From contig CAVXTH010000009.1 of NCBI GenBank assembly GCA_963764625.1, positions 288,001 to 352,000 of the forward strand: 64,000 bases of DNA, read 5' to 3'. Position numbers and translations under genes: made by a program. The notes below the pieces were generated by a model. It was not told the origin of the DNA. It saw only the letters and a list, made by a program, of their open reading frames with translations, and did not search any database. Positions 28,674 through 38,790 of the stretch are shown in pieces. Each line of letters starts with the position of its first letter. The first letter of the stretch is position 1. This DNA comes from Candidatus Krumholzibacteriota bacterium. Its GTDB lineage: Bacteria > Krumholzibacteriota > Krumholzibacteriia > JAJRXK01.

Positions 28674-29684
28674 ATGAAAGCCGGAACCACCCGAATCACG
28701 GGTAACCTCGGTCTCGTTCACGCCACCGCTTTGTTGGCGCTTATCCTTCTGTCCCCACCCGTGGCGGCGCGCGGAGCGGAGCCGTCGAAGCCGGCGCCGG
28801 TGTCGAAGTCCGCCAAGCCAGCTGCGAGTCAAGCGGCGTCGGATTCGATGACCCTGAAGGGAGACGAAAAGACCACCGTCTTGCGCAGTCTAACCGTCGA
28901 GGGAGAAGACAAGGTCAAGATCGAATTCGATCGTCCCGAACTCGATCTCAAAATCGACAGCTACGACATCGAGGGTCTCAGCTGGGGAAGCGCTCTGGAT
29001 GTGGTGCAACGACGCGAGGTGGATCTGCTGTCTCCCGTGGTGCAATGCTCCAACGCGGAACGCGCCAGTGCCCTGGGACGCCCGTGGCTCCGTGCATTTC
29101 GAGATGGCTCGGTGGCTCGCTTTCATCCCGCCCTGGAAGGGGTGGCCAGCTGGCGGCTGACGATCGCGGATTCCAAGGGCGATACGGTTCGAGTCTTCAC
29201 CGGCAAGGGGTCTCTCCCCAAGGAGATCGCGTGGAACGGAGTGTACGACTCCGGGGAATTGGCGCTGCCGGGTTTGGTGTATTCGTACGTCCTTCAAGCC
29301 AAGGACAAGGCGGGGAATCGGCGCAATTTCGTGGGCGAGGGTTTCGAGGTTTCACCCTACCGGATCGAGGCAGACCATGCCTTCCATCTGGTCCTCTCGG
29401 GGAAGACCCTCCTGGGACCCGACGCGGCCCAGAGGCCCGAAGGAGTGGACGATCCCTGGCTGGTGGAAGCGGCGTCGTGGTTGAATCAACACGCGACCGC
29501 GGACCAGGCGATCGAAATCCACGTCTTCGCGCGCACTCACGAGATCGCGGAAGCCATGGGGGCGATCGTAGAAGAGCAGCTGGCACGACACTTGGCCGGC
29601 CCACCCTTGCGCCTCAAGATCATGACCCAAGCCCGCAGCGAGGCGCCGGTTCAAGGCGCGGTGACGATCGGGGTCAAGAGCTGA
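28674..29684 (+). CDS. Secreted protein with FlgD-Ig-like domain and degenerate OmpA-like C-terminus
   Basis: Signal peptide, P/A/K linker, LRSLTVEG..IEFDRP, and WRLTIADSKG..F.GKG..WNG..YSYVLQAKDKAGN. Last gene of the operon. Confidence 0.65.
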   Translation: MKAGTTRITGNLGLVHATALLALILLSPPVAARGAEPSKPAPVSKSAKPAASQAASDSMTLKGDEKTTVLRSLTVEGEDKVKIEFDRPELDLKIDSYDIEGLSWGSALDVVQRREVDLLSPVVQCSNAERASALGRPWLRAFRDGSVARFHPALEGVASWRLTIADSKGDTVRVFTGKGSLPKEIAWNGVYDSGELALPGLVYSYVLQAKDKAGNRRNFVGEGFEVSPYRIEADHAFHLVLSGKTLLGPDAAQRPEGVDDPWLVEAASWLNQHATADQAIEIHVFARTHEIAEAMGAIVEEQLARHLAGPPLRLKIMTQARSEAPVQGAVTIGVKS

Positions 29685-29803
29685 GACACGCTTTGTCTTT
29701 GGGCTTGTCCTGAAAGCGGGTATCATCCGAGCCATTCTCGACGTGGCGGCGCTGGCCAGGGCCGGGTCGTCCCCTTCCGCCACGAACGGTTCGGAGACAC
29801 GCG

Positions 29804-32437
29804 ATGATCGGCAGAAAGCTCGGCCCCTACGAGATCGAGGCCAAGGTCGGCAGCGGGGGGATGGGGGAGGTGTACCGGGCGCGCGACACCCGCCTCGGGC
29901 GTACGGTGGCCATCAAGGTCCTCCCTGCACACTTCGCCGCGGATCGCGACCGTCTGGCGCGCTTCGAACGAGAGGCGCGCCTTCTCGCTTCGCTCAATCA
30001 CCCTCACATCGCCACCCTTTACGACTTCGCCCACCACGAGGGCGAGTACTTTCTGGCCATGGAGCTGGTCGAGGGGGAGGATCTCTCGACCCGGCTCGCC
30101 CGTGGGCCCATGTCGATCGACGAGGCGGCGCGGGTGGCGGCCCAGGTGGCCGAGGCGCTAGAAGTTGCGCACGAGAGCGGCATGGTGCACCGCGACCTCA
30201 AGCCGTCCAACATTCGTTTCGGAGCCGACGGCCAGGTGAAGGTGCTCGACTTTGGCCTGGCCAAGGCGATCGAAGGCTCCGACGACGACATCAACAAATC
30301 GCCCACCATCATCGAGGTGACTTCGGCCGGGGTGATCCTGGGCACTGCCGCGTACATGAGCCCGGAGCAGGCTCGAGGCAAGATGGTGGACAAACGGTCC
30401 GACATCTGGGCGTTCGGCTGCGTGCTCTTCGAGATGCTCACGGCTCACCAGTTGTTTCAGGCCGAAACGGTATCGGACACCATCGCGAAGATCCTCGAGC
30501 GAGAACCATCCTGGGAGCTGCTTCCCGCCAACACTCCACCGCGAGTGAAGCGCCTCCTCGAGCGCTGCCTGGAAAAGGACGTGAAACGGCGTCTGCGCGA
30601 TATCGGTGACGCGCGCATCGAGCTCGAGGACGTGGTGGTAGATTCCAAAGTGATGGCGGCCCCTCTGCTTCCCGGGCCCCGCCGGCAGCGCTGGTTCCTC
30701 TGGCTCGGACTGGGACTCGTTCTGGGCGCTCTGCTGGCCTTCGTCGGGCTGCGGCTGGGCGGTCGCCAGGAGACCGTCTCTCTAGAGCAGACGAGACTCT
30801 CGATCAAGCCGGACGCGAATGTCATTCTTCAGGAAGTTCCACCGGCCCTCTCGCGGGATGGGCGCGCCCTTGCCTACATCGCGAGTACCTCGGACGGAGC
30901 GCGTTTGTTCCTACGCCGACTCGATTCGTGGGACTCGCGCATGCTCACCGACGTCAACGCCGGTAGTCCTTGTTTTTCGCCGGATGGCAGCTGGGTGGCC
31001 TTCAGGAGCCGGGGGGAGTCCGGGTTCCGTCTCCTGCGCGTCTCCGTCGACGGCGGCACGCCCCTGCTCATCGCAAAGAACGTGGGTGGGCCCGATGGAA
31101 ATGCCTGGACGAAAGACGGCCAGCTCATCTATCCGGCCAGCCTCAGCTCGGGACTCGTCTCCACTCCGGCCAGGGGTGGGGCTCCGACCGCACTCACTCA
31201 CCCCGACAGCAGCCAGGGTGAGCTCGGCCACTGGCAACCCTGTGTTCTTCCCGACGACGATCATGTCTTGTTCACCGCCTGGCGCACCCGCATGGATGAC
31301 GCGCGGATCGAGGTGGTGAGTCGCTCCAGCAAAGAAGTACGGGTTGTGGTGGAGAATGGGGTTTGTCCGATGTACATGGATCCCGGATATCTGCTGTACG
31401 TCCAGGGCGCCACGCTCATGTGCGTAGCCTTCGATCCGGGGCGCGCAGTGGTGACCGGGGACCCGGTTCCCCTCATCGATCCGGTGAATGTGCACATTTC
31501 GGATGGATCTACGGACCTCGCCGCGGGAGGGACGAATCTGTGCTATCTGCCCGATTCCGGCTCTCACGCACGCCTCGTGCGGGCCGATCCGCACGGAAAA
31601 GTCGAAGCGATCGTACCGGAAGAACGCAACTACAATCGGGTATCCATCGCACCGGATGGAAAGCACTTGGCCCTCTGTGTCGAACAAGCCGGCAAGAGCG
31701 ATCTCTGGGTGTTGGATTCGGCTCGCCACTCCTTTACACAACTCACCGTCGATGGCACCAACGCAGAGCCGATCTATTCTCCGGATGGGCGGACCCTCAC
31801 CTTTCAGAGCATGCGCCGTGGCCCGTTCGAACTCTACTCGATCAGCGCCAGCGGTGGTTCGGCCCCTCAGCTTTTGTTTCCCAGTGCGATCGATCTGCGT
31901 CCATTGAGCTGGACTCCGGATGGCAAGACTCTTTTGTTCGGGCAATCCAGCAAGGGAACGGGAACTGACGTCATGCGTTTCTCACCCGCGGATGGGAAGA
32001 TGAGTCCTTTCATCCAGTCGCCGTTCAACGAATTCGGTGCCGTGGTTTCTCCCGACGGTAACTGGGTTGCCTACAGCGCCACGAGTTCCGATCGGAGCGA
32101 AGTCTACGTTTCGAAGATGGATGGGGGGGATCGCTCTCAGGTCTCCGTCGACGGCGGGACCGGAGCCCGCTGGGCAGGTGACGGGCGAACTCTCTATTTT
32201 GCCGGTACTCAAGGTGAGGCTCTGTATCGAGTCGGTGTGACCCTCACTCCGGAATTTCGCGCGAGCCGGCCCGAGATGATTCTCTCCCACGAACAGCTCG
32301 GCGGATATGTCGAGAGCTACGATGTGTACCCTGAGAGCGAGCGTCTGGCCATCGTGCTCAACCGCGATACACAGGGACAGAGTGCGTTCCGCATCCTGAT
32401 GAACGTCCCGGCGGAACTCGAGAGGCGCATGAGATGA
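29804..32437 (+). CDS. Membrane Ser/Thr protein kinase with extracytoplasmic PD40/TolB beta-propellers
   Basis: GSGGMGEVY, VAIK, HRDLKPSN, DFG, GTAAYMSPEQ; TM WFLWLGLGLVLGALLAFVGL; repeated SPDG motifs. Confidence 0.93.
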   Translation: MIGRKLGPYEIEAKVGSGGMGEVYRARDTRLGRTVAIKVLPAHFAADRDRLARFEREARLLASLNHPHIATLYDFAHHEGEYFLAMELVEGEDLSTRLARGPMSIDEAARVAAQVAEALEVAHESGMVHRDLKPSNIRFGADGQVKVLDFGLAKAIEGSDDDINKSPTIIEVTSAGVILGTAAYMSPEQARGKMVDKRSDIWAFGCVLFEMLTAHQLFQAETVSDTIAKILEREPSWELLPANTPPRVKRLLERCLEKDVKRRLRDIGDARIELEDVVVDSKVMAAPLLPGPRRQRWFLWLGLGLVLGALLAFVGLRLGGRQETVSLEQTRLSIKPDANVILQEVPPALSRDGRALAYIASTSDGARLFLRRLDSWDSRMLTDVNAGSPCFSPDGSWVAFRSRGESGFRLLRVSVDGGTPLLIAKNVGGPDGNAWTKDGQLIYPASLSSGLVSTPARGGAPTALTHPDSSQGELGHWQPCVLPDDDHVLFTAWRTRMDDARIEVVSRSSKEVRVVVENGVCPMYMDPGYLLYVQGATLMCVAFDPGRAVVTGDPVPLIDPVNVHISDGSTDLAAGGTNLCYLPDSGSHARLVRADPHGKVEAIVPEERNYNRVSIAPDGKHLALCVEQAGKSDLWVLDSARHSFTQLTVDGTNAEPIYSPDGRTLTFQSMRRGPFELYSISASGGSAPQLLFPSAIDLRPLSWTPDGKTLLFGQSSKGTGTDVMRFSPADGKMSPFIQSPFNEFGAVVSPDGNWVAYSATSSDRSEVYVSKMDGGDRSQVSVDGGTGARWAGDGRTLYFAGTQGEALYRVGVTLTPEFRASRPEMILSHEQLGGYVESYDVYPESERLAIVLNRDTQGQSAFRILMNVPAELERRMR

Positions 32438-33282
32438 ACATTTTCAAGACAAATTTGCTCTGCCTTCGTGCGGGTGCATCCTTGGTTCTGTTGATGGCAA
32501 CGCGAGCCGGTGCCCAGAACATCATGAGTTTCGAGGACTATCAGGCACTGGATCACGTCGAACCCTATGTCTATCAGCTTGACACGGAGAAGGGATCTCT
32601 TCTCTATTTTGGATCCCGTCATTCCTTCTTGCCCTCGGACCCACAAATGGAAGCCCTTTCCAGGGCTTGGACCTCCTTTCGACCCCAGATGGCTTTCACT
32701 GAAGGCGGAGAGCTTTCCATTGATTCGCTCACGAAGGAGCAAATCATTCAACGTTACGGCGAATTCGGGATGACCTGGTGGTTGGCTCGAAGAGACAGTG
32801 TACAGGTTCGTTCCTTGGACCCGGATCGAAAGGCCGAAGTGGCCCATTTGCAGGGCAGGGGGTGGACGGGGGAGCAGCTCATGCTGTTCTTTACCCTCCG
32901 CAAAGTGGCTCAGAGTCAGGAACAACTCGTGAATGTCGATCTCGCGGAGGTACTCCCCCAATACCTACAATCGATGGTTCATCGCTTCGGTTTGAAGGGA
33001 CCGACGAATATCAAAGAGTTCGAGAAGGCGGTGAAGCGGCTGCTGCCGAGCCTGGAGAACTGGAGGACGATTTCGATGTCCTATTTCTATCCTGGTCCAC
33101 AAGATCCATCCTATTTCACCAACCAAATAGCCACCGATTCCAATCACTTTCGGGACCAATATCAGGTTAAGCTCCTGCTCGAGGCGGTCGACGGAGGGAA
33201 GCGCGTCTTCGCGATCGCGGGCTCGGCACATGCTGTCATGCAAGAGCCGGCGCTCAGAGCGGCCCTGAAGTCCCAAGAATGA
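32434..33282 (+). CDS. Secreted hypothetical protein, possibly TraB/TIKI/ChaN-like fold
   Basis: Signal peptide ..AGA/Q; motifs GSRH, TEGG, RDQY, AGSAH; ATGA-coupled to the kinase. Confidence 0.55.
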   Translation: MNIFKTNLLCLRAGASLVLLMATRAGAQNIMSFEDYQALDHVEPYVYQLDTEKGSLLYFGSRHSFLPSDPQMEALSRAWTSFRPQMAFTEGGELSIDSLTKEQIIQRYGEFGMTWWLARRDSVQVRSLDPDRKAEVAHLQGRGWTGEQLMLFFTLRKVAQSQEQLVNVDLAEVLPQYLQSMVHRFGLKGPTNIKEFEKAVKRLLPSLENWRTISMSYFYPGPQDPSYFTNQIATDSNHFRDQYQVKLLLEAVDGGKRVFAIAGSAHAVMQEPALRAALKSQE

Positions 33283-34175
33283 AGACGACATTGCAGCGTC
33301 AGTCTCTACCCGAACCCCAAGCGAAGGACGAGCGGGAGGAGTCTCCGCGCCGAAGGAGGGTGGCGCTCGTCAGCGGTGCGAGTTCGGGGATCGGCCGCCT
33401 GGTGGCGCGCGATCTGGCCTTGCGGAATTTCCGGGTCGTGCTCCTGGTTCGCGATGAGGCCCGCGGTCGCAGCGCCCAGAATTGGATTCGCGCCACCACC
33501 GAGAGTGACGCGACGGAACTCCTGCTTTGCGACTTGGGCGATCTCGAGCAGGTCCACCGCGCAATCGCGGTCATGGGCGAGCGGCACGAGATTCTCGATC
33601 TGCTGGTGAACAACGCCGGGCTCATCTCGCGCCAGCATCGACTCAGTCCGCAGGGCCACGAGTGGACGCTGGCGGTGAATCACCTCGGCCCCTTCCTACT
33701 CACGAACCAGCTCCTGAGTCTCTTGCCCAGCGGGGCCCGGATCGTCAACCTTGCTTCGGTCGCGCACACGCGGGGGAGAATCGACTTCGACAATATGGAG
33801 CTTTCCTCGCACTACTCCTTCTGGGAGGCCTACGCCAGGTCGAAGCTGGCCAACATCCTGTTCACCTACGCCCTGGCACGACGGCTAAAAGAACGCCGTA
33901 TCGCGGTGAATTGTCTGCACCCGGGAACGCTTCCCACCGGGATCGCCATGGGTTACTCCAGACTCGTCGGCTGGCTCTGGCGCGCGGGCGCGCCTTTCTT
34001 CAAGAAAGTCAGCGAGGGAAGCGACGCGGTGATCTACTTGGCCACCGCACCCCAGCTCGAGGGCGTCAGCGGCGCCTACTTCCATCTGAAGAAGCAGGCG
34101 GAATCTTCGCCACTGAGTCGAGACGAGAGCTTGCAGGAGGAGTTCTGGCGCTGGTCTTTGGCCGCGATTCAGTAG
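33279..34175 (+). CDS. Short-chain dehydrogenase/reductase (retinol-DH-like)
   Basis: SGASSGIG, NNAG, VNHLGPFLLT, YARSKLAN, LHPG. Confidence 0.92.
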   Translation: MKTTLQRQSLPEPQAKDEREESPRRRRVALVSGASSGIGRLVARDLALRNFRVVLLVRDEARGRSAQNWIRATTESDATELLLCDLGDLEQVHRAIAVMGERHEILDLLVNNAGLISRQHRLSPQGHEWTLAVNHLGPFLLTNQLLSLLPSGARIVNLASVAHTRGRIDFDNMELSSHYSFWEAYARSKLANILFTYALARRLKERRIAVNCLHPGTLPTGIAMGYSRLVGWLWRAGAPFFKKVSEGSDAVIYLATAPQLEGVSGAYFHLKKQAESSPLSRDESLQEEFWRWSLAAIQ

Positions 34176-35158
34176 CGTGGCGGGGCCGGCGGCTTGTTGT
34201 CCAGGATCTTCTCGATGCGCTCCATCACTGGCTCGTCCAATTTGGGGACGAGATCGATGGCCTTCAGATTCTCGCGCAGTTGATCGACGTGCGAAGCGCC
34301 TAGAATGACGGTGCTCACCCGATCGTTCTTCAGACACCAGGCAATCGCGAGCCGGGTCAGACTGACTCCGAGTTCCTTGGCCACCGGTTCCAGCTGGGCT
34401 GCCTTGCCGATCTTGACCTTTCCCTCCGGTGAGAAGATGAGTTCCTTGAGCCACTCGTAGCCGGGCAGACTCAAGCGCGAGCCTTCGGGGACGCCGTCCT
34501 TGTACTTTCCGGTCAGGATTCCCGATGCGAGGGGGGACCAAATCGTCGTGCCCAGGCCCACGGTCTCGTAGAGGTGGTGGTACTCCGCTTCGACGCGCTG
34601 TCGGGAGAGCATGTTGTACTGGGGCTGCTCCATCACCGGAGGGGTCAGGCCCCACTCGCGCGCTACTTTGTGTGCCTCCATGATCTCCACCGCGCTCCAC
34701 TCGCTGGTTCCCCAGTAGAGGACTTTTCCCTGGCGAATGAGGTTGTCCATCGCACGCACCGTCTCCGCAATGGGTGTGTCCAGGTCGGGGCGATGGCAGA
34801 AAAAGAGGTCGAGGTAATCCAGTTGGAAGCGGCGTAGAGCCGCGTGGCAGGCGTCATGCACGTGTTTGGCGGAGAGCCCGCGTTGGCTGGGCTTCTCACC
34901 GCCCCAGTAGACCTTCGAAGACACGCAGTAAGTATCGCGGTTCCAACCCACCTGCTTGAGCACGCGCCCCATGATCTCCTCGGAATGACCCGCCGCGTAC
35001 GCTTCGGCGTTGTCGAAGAAATTGACTCCCGCCTCGTACGCCACCTCCATGCACTCGCGGGCCGTCTTGTCGCCGAGTTGGAGGTCGAAGGTCACCCAGG
35101 AACCGAAGGAGAGGGCGGAGATCTGGAGGCCGCTGCGGCCCAATCTGCGGTACTGCAT
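34169..35158 (-). CDS. Aldo/keto reductase (Kv-beta-like)
   Basis: MQYRRLGRSGL..FGSWVTF, FFDNAEAY, YWGTSEW, EQPQYN, WSPLASGILTGKY, VILGAS. Confidence 0.93.
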   Translation of the reverse strand: MQYRRLGRSGLQISALSFGSWVTFDLQLGDKTARECMEVAYEAGVNFFDNAEAYAAGHSEEIMGRVLKQVGWNRDTYCVSSKVYWGGEKPSQRGLSAKHVHDACHAALRRFQLDYLDLFFCHRPDLDTPIAETVRAMDNLIRQGKVLYWGTSEWSAVEIMEAHKVAREWGLTPPVMEQPQYNMLSRQRVEAEYHHLYETVGLGTTIWSPLASGILTGKYKDGVPEGSRLSLPGYEWLKELIFSPEGKVKIGKAAQLEPVAKELGVSLTRLAIAWCLKNDRVSTVILGASHVDQLRENLKAIDLVPKLDEPVMERIEKILDNKPPAPPRY

Positions 35159-35277
35159 GTGTTTGTTGGCCTTTCCGGCAGGGGGATTGTCAGGCTCACT
35201 CGTTTCTGGGTACACTAACACCGATGGGGGCAGTCTGTCTCGCGCGCATCTTTTCTCTTCCCAAGGTAAACACGATC

Positions 35278-38200
35278 ATGCGACCGACTCGACGCATCCA
35301 GGGGCTCGTAGGGCTCGCCCTCGTTGGTCTCCTTCTCATCTTTCTTCCCAAGGGGAAGCCGGATCATTACCAGCAGCAGTTGGCGCAACTGAAACTCCAG
35401 CGGCAGCACGTTCAGGATGGTTCGCCGGCCGCCTACCACATCGATTCCAAGATCGAGGAAATCCAGAGCGTGCAGCAGGACACTCCCGCGAGCGATCACC
35501 CCGATCTCTTCTTGAAGATCCTCCACGACATGAAGATTCCCGCCGACCGAAGCGAGGATGAGTACCAGAAGGGATACCGTACGCTCGAATTGAAGAGGGC
35601 AAGGGCGAGTTCGAAAACCGCGAGTACCCCGCTGCCATGGACGGAGCGAGGCCCCGCCAACGTCGCGGGTCGCGTGCGCGGACTCCTGGTCGATCCCTCG
35701 GATACCACTGGAAATACCTGGTTTGTCGGGTCCGCCGGGGGCGGCGTCTGGAAGACGGCCGACGCTGGAGCAAATTGGGCGCGGGTTACCCAAGACCCGC
35801 AGAGCTACGCGACTTCGACCCTCGCCCAGTGCGCGAGCCAACCCGACGTCATCTATACGGGCACAGGCGAGAGCTTCTTCAACATCGATACCATGAATGG
35901 CAACGGGATGATCAAGTCCATCAACCATGGTGTGACGTGGACTCCGCTCGCCAGCACACTCGACGACCCTCTCTTCAACAACATCTCGCGCATCCTGGTC
36001 GATCCCAACGATCCCGACGTCGTGATCGTCGCCGCCACCACCGGTCGTTACAAACTCGACTACAACATCAGCACGAATATCTTCAAGTCCACCAACGGCG
36101 GCGCCAGCTGGACGACGGTCTTCACCCAAGTCCGATGTGGGCAAAGACGTACAGGACCTGATTGCCACGCCGGGCCATTTCGACGTGCTCTACGCGGGAG
36201 TGCGGCCAAGAAGGCGTGCTGAAGTCCACCGACTCCGGGGACAGCTGGTCCTACACGAATGCCGGGATCAACGACTTCACCGGCCGCTTCGAGCTCGCCA
36301 TCTCCCCCGTGAATACGAACCGCGTCTTCGCGGCGGCGCAAGGCGCGTCGGGGACCTCGGTGACTGTGGCATTCGTCGGACGCGGGCGGCTATTGGACCA
36401 AGACGGCCGAGTTGGGCAGCTGAACCCAATTGGCTCGGCGCCCAGGGTTGGTACGACAACACCATACTGTGTGATCCCACCAATGCGGACGTCTTGTACG
36501 TGGGCGGAATCCAACTTTGGAAGATCACCATGCTCAACGAGGGTCAAGGTCAGAGTACCCTGCTCGATCAGAGCGGAGTGCACGTCGATCATCATAATCT
36601 CGCGCTCTTGCCGGGGAATCTCAGCACGCCGTGGCGTCTTCTTGATGCGAACGACGGCGGGGTGGCCGTCTCTGCCGACATGGATACCGGGTGGAGCATG
36701 CCGATCCTGGGTTTGAACACGACGCAGTTTTACGGGGTCGACAAGAAGCCGGGCGCCAGCGCGTACATCGGCGGCATGCAGGACAATGGCACCTGGCGAT
36801 CGCCCGAGGATCCCGGCTCCCTCACGCCCTGGATTTACCAGATCGGCGGCGATGGCTACGAGACTTCGTGGAGTTTCGCGGATCCGCTCAAGATCGCCGG
36901 CGGGTACCAATACAATGGGATCCTGCGCTCGCTCGATGGCGGAACGACCTGGAACCCGGGGACCAATGGGCTGGGAGACACGGGGAGCAGCTCGGCTCCG
37001 TTCATCACCAAGATCGGCAAATCCGACGACGCGCCCGATCTGCTCTTCGCGGTGGGGGCGTCCGGTGTTTGGCGCAGCGACGACTTCGCGGCCAATTGGA
37101 GCCTCGCCAGCATGAATACCGCCGATTGGCAGTTCTCCAGCTTCCTGGACGTCAAGATCTCCCGGGCCAATCCCGACGTGGTCTGGGCGGGCGCGAGCAT
37201 GGATGCCGGCGGCTCCATCTACCTCTCGACCGACGGAGGTCTGAGTTTCGCACCGGTCCCGAACTACACCACCGTGACCCTGGGCGGAATCTCGGGGTTG
37301 GCCACTCATCCCACCGACGACCAGACGGCCTACGCACTCTTCTCCTTCGCGGGCCGGCCGAAGATCCTGCGCACTCAAGATCAGGGCCAGAGCTGGCAGG
37401 ACATCACCGGATTTCAGTCCGGCGCCCCCAGCAGCAACGGTTTTCCCGACGTGGCGGTCTACGACCTCCTGGTTCTGCCGGACCAGCCGACCACGCTGTG
37501 GGCGGGGACCGAGATCGGTCTCTTCGAGTCGACGGACGACGGGGCATCGTGGCACCTGGCCGACAACGGTCTGCCGAACGTGGGAATCTGGGCCCTGAGC
37601 GCGGTCGAGGATGAAGTGGTGGTGGCGACTCACGGTCTGGGCATCTGGTCGGTCAAGCGGCCCAGCATGGTGGCGGGAAAGACCTTCACCCCACTCATCG
37701 AAAATCTGTACCAAAACCCCTTGGGCGAATTGATCGTCGAGACGACTCTTCGTTCGGCCTACGATTCCACCGAGGTCCGCATGAACGGATCACCCGCGAC
37801 GGTGCTTCCCGCCAACGCGGCCGGCGATCGGCCCCAGGTTCAGTTGGCGGTGCTGCTCACCGGCACGGCGCAAATCCAGTTGGTCTCTCACCTGGGCGCC
37901 TCGACCTATGCCTCTCCGGTGAAGTCTCTCTCGGTCTACGCGCTGGGCTCGCCCGTCTTCAGCTATTCGACCGATTTCAACGGGGGGAATCCGGATTTTG
38001 CCGGAGTAGGAATGAACATCTCTCTAGAGCCCGATTTCAGCGACGAGGCCATCCACTCCGCGCATGACTACGCGGACAACTCGACTTCGACCTCGACTCT
38101 CACCGTTCCCATTTTAGTGGCTCAGTCCGACGCGACCATGGAGTACGACGAAGTGGTTCTGGTGGAACCAGGTGAGACGGGCACCGTCTTCGGCGATTTC

Positions 38201-38782
38201 GGATTCTGGGACTACGTGATCGTGGAGGGAACCAAGGACGGCATCACCTGGTTGCCACTCCTGGACGGATACGACAGTCGCTACGACCAGGATTGGCTCA
38301 ATGCCTATAACAACTCCGAATCTGGACGCCAATCTCTCTATCGCCATCACAGCCTGGATCTGTTGAACACTTTCGATTGGGGAGACACCATTATGGTGCG
38401 ATTCCGCCTCCACGCTGACGCGGGAGTCCATGCCTGGGGCTGGGCGATCGACAATCTCTCCATCCAGCTGGGCAGCCCGACCGGGGTGGAGAATACGCCG
38501 GCGCCTCGCTTCGCTCTGGACCAGAATTTTCCCAACCCCTTCAACCCCCAGACTTCGATCCGCTACACCGTTCCCTCCAGCGGCCACGTGAGTTTGAGAG
38601 TCTACGATCAAAGGGGGCGGCTCGTGAGGACTCTGGTGGATGGCGCGCAGAAAGAGGGGGAGAGGGTGGTGGTCTGGGACGGCCGCGCCGACGATGGGGC
38701 GAGAGTGTCCAGCGGAATCTACCTGTATCAGCTGAAAGCCGGGGAACTCGTCGAGCAGCACAAGATGACGCTGGTGAAATGA
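35278..38782 (+). CDS. BNR/VPS10-type beta-propeller glycoside-hydrolase-like secreted protein with FlgD-Ig/CTD; four apparent +1 frameshifts at 36130-36425
   Basis: WTERGPANVAGR, Asp-box repeats (S.D.G.TW), HVDHH, GGMQDNG, GGDG; C-terminus QNFPNPFNP..SGIYLY..KMTLVK. Coherent protein continues through frames 1-2-0-1-2 across ORFs 35224, 36137 and 36162. Confidence 0.8.
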
Positions 38783-38790
38783 GGGGCAGC

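Noticed and set aside
36419-36424. In-frame TGA as selenocysteine or readthrough in the BNR gene
   Set aside because: The coherent protein resumes in a different frame (EPNWLGAQGW), so an indel explains it.
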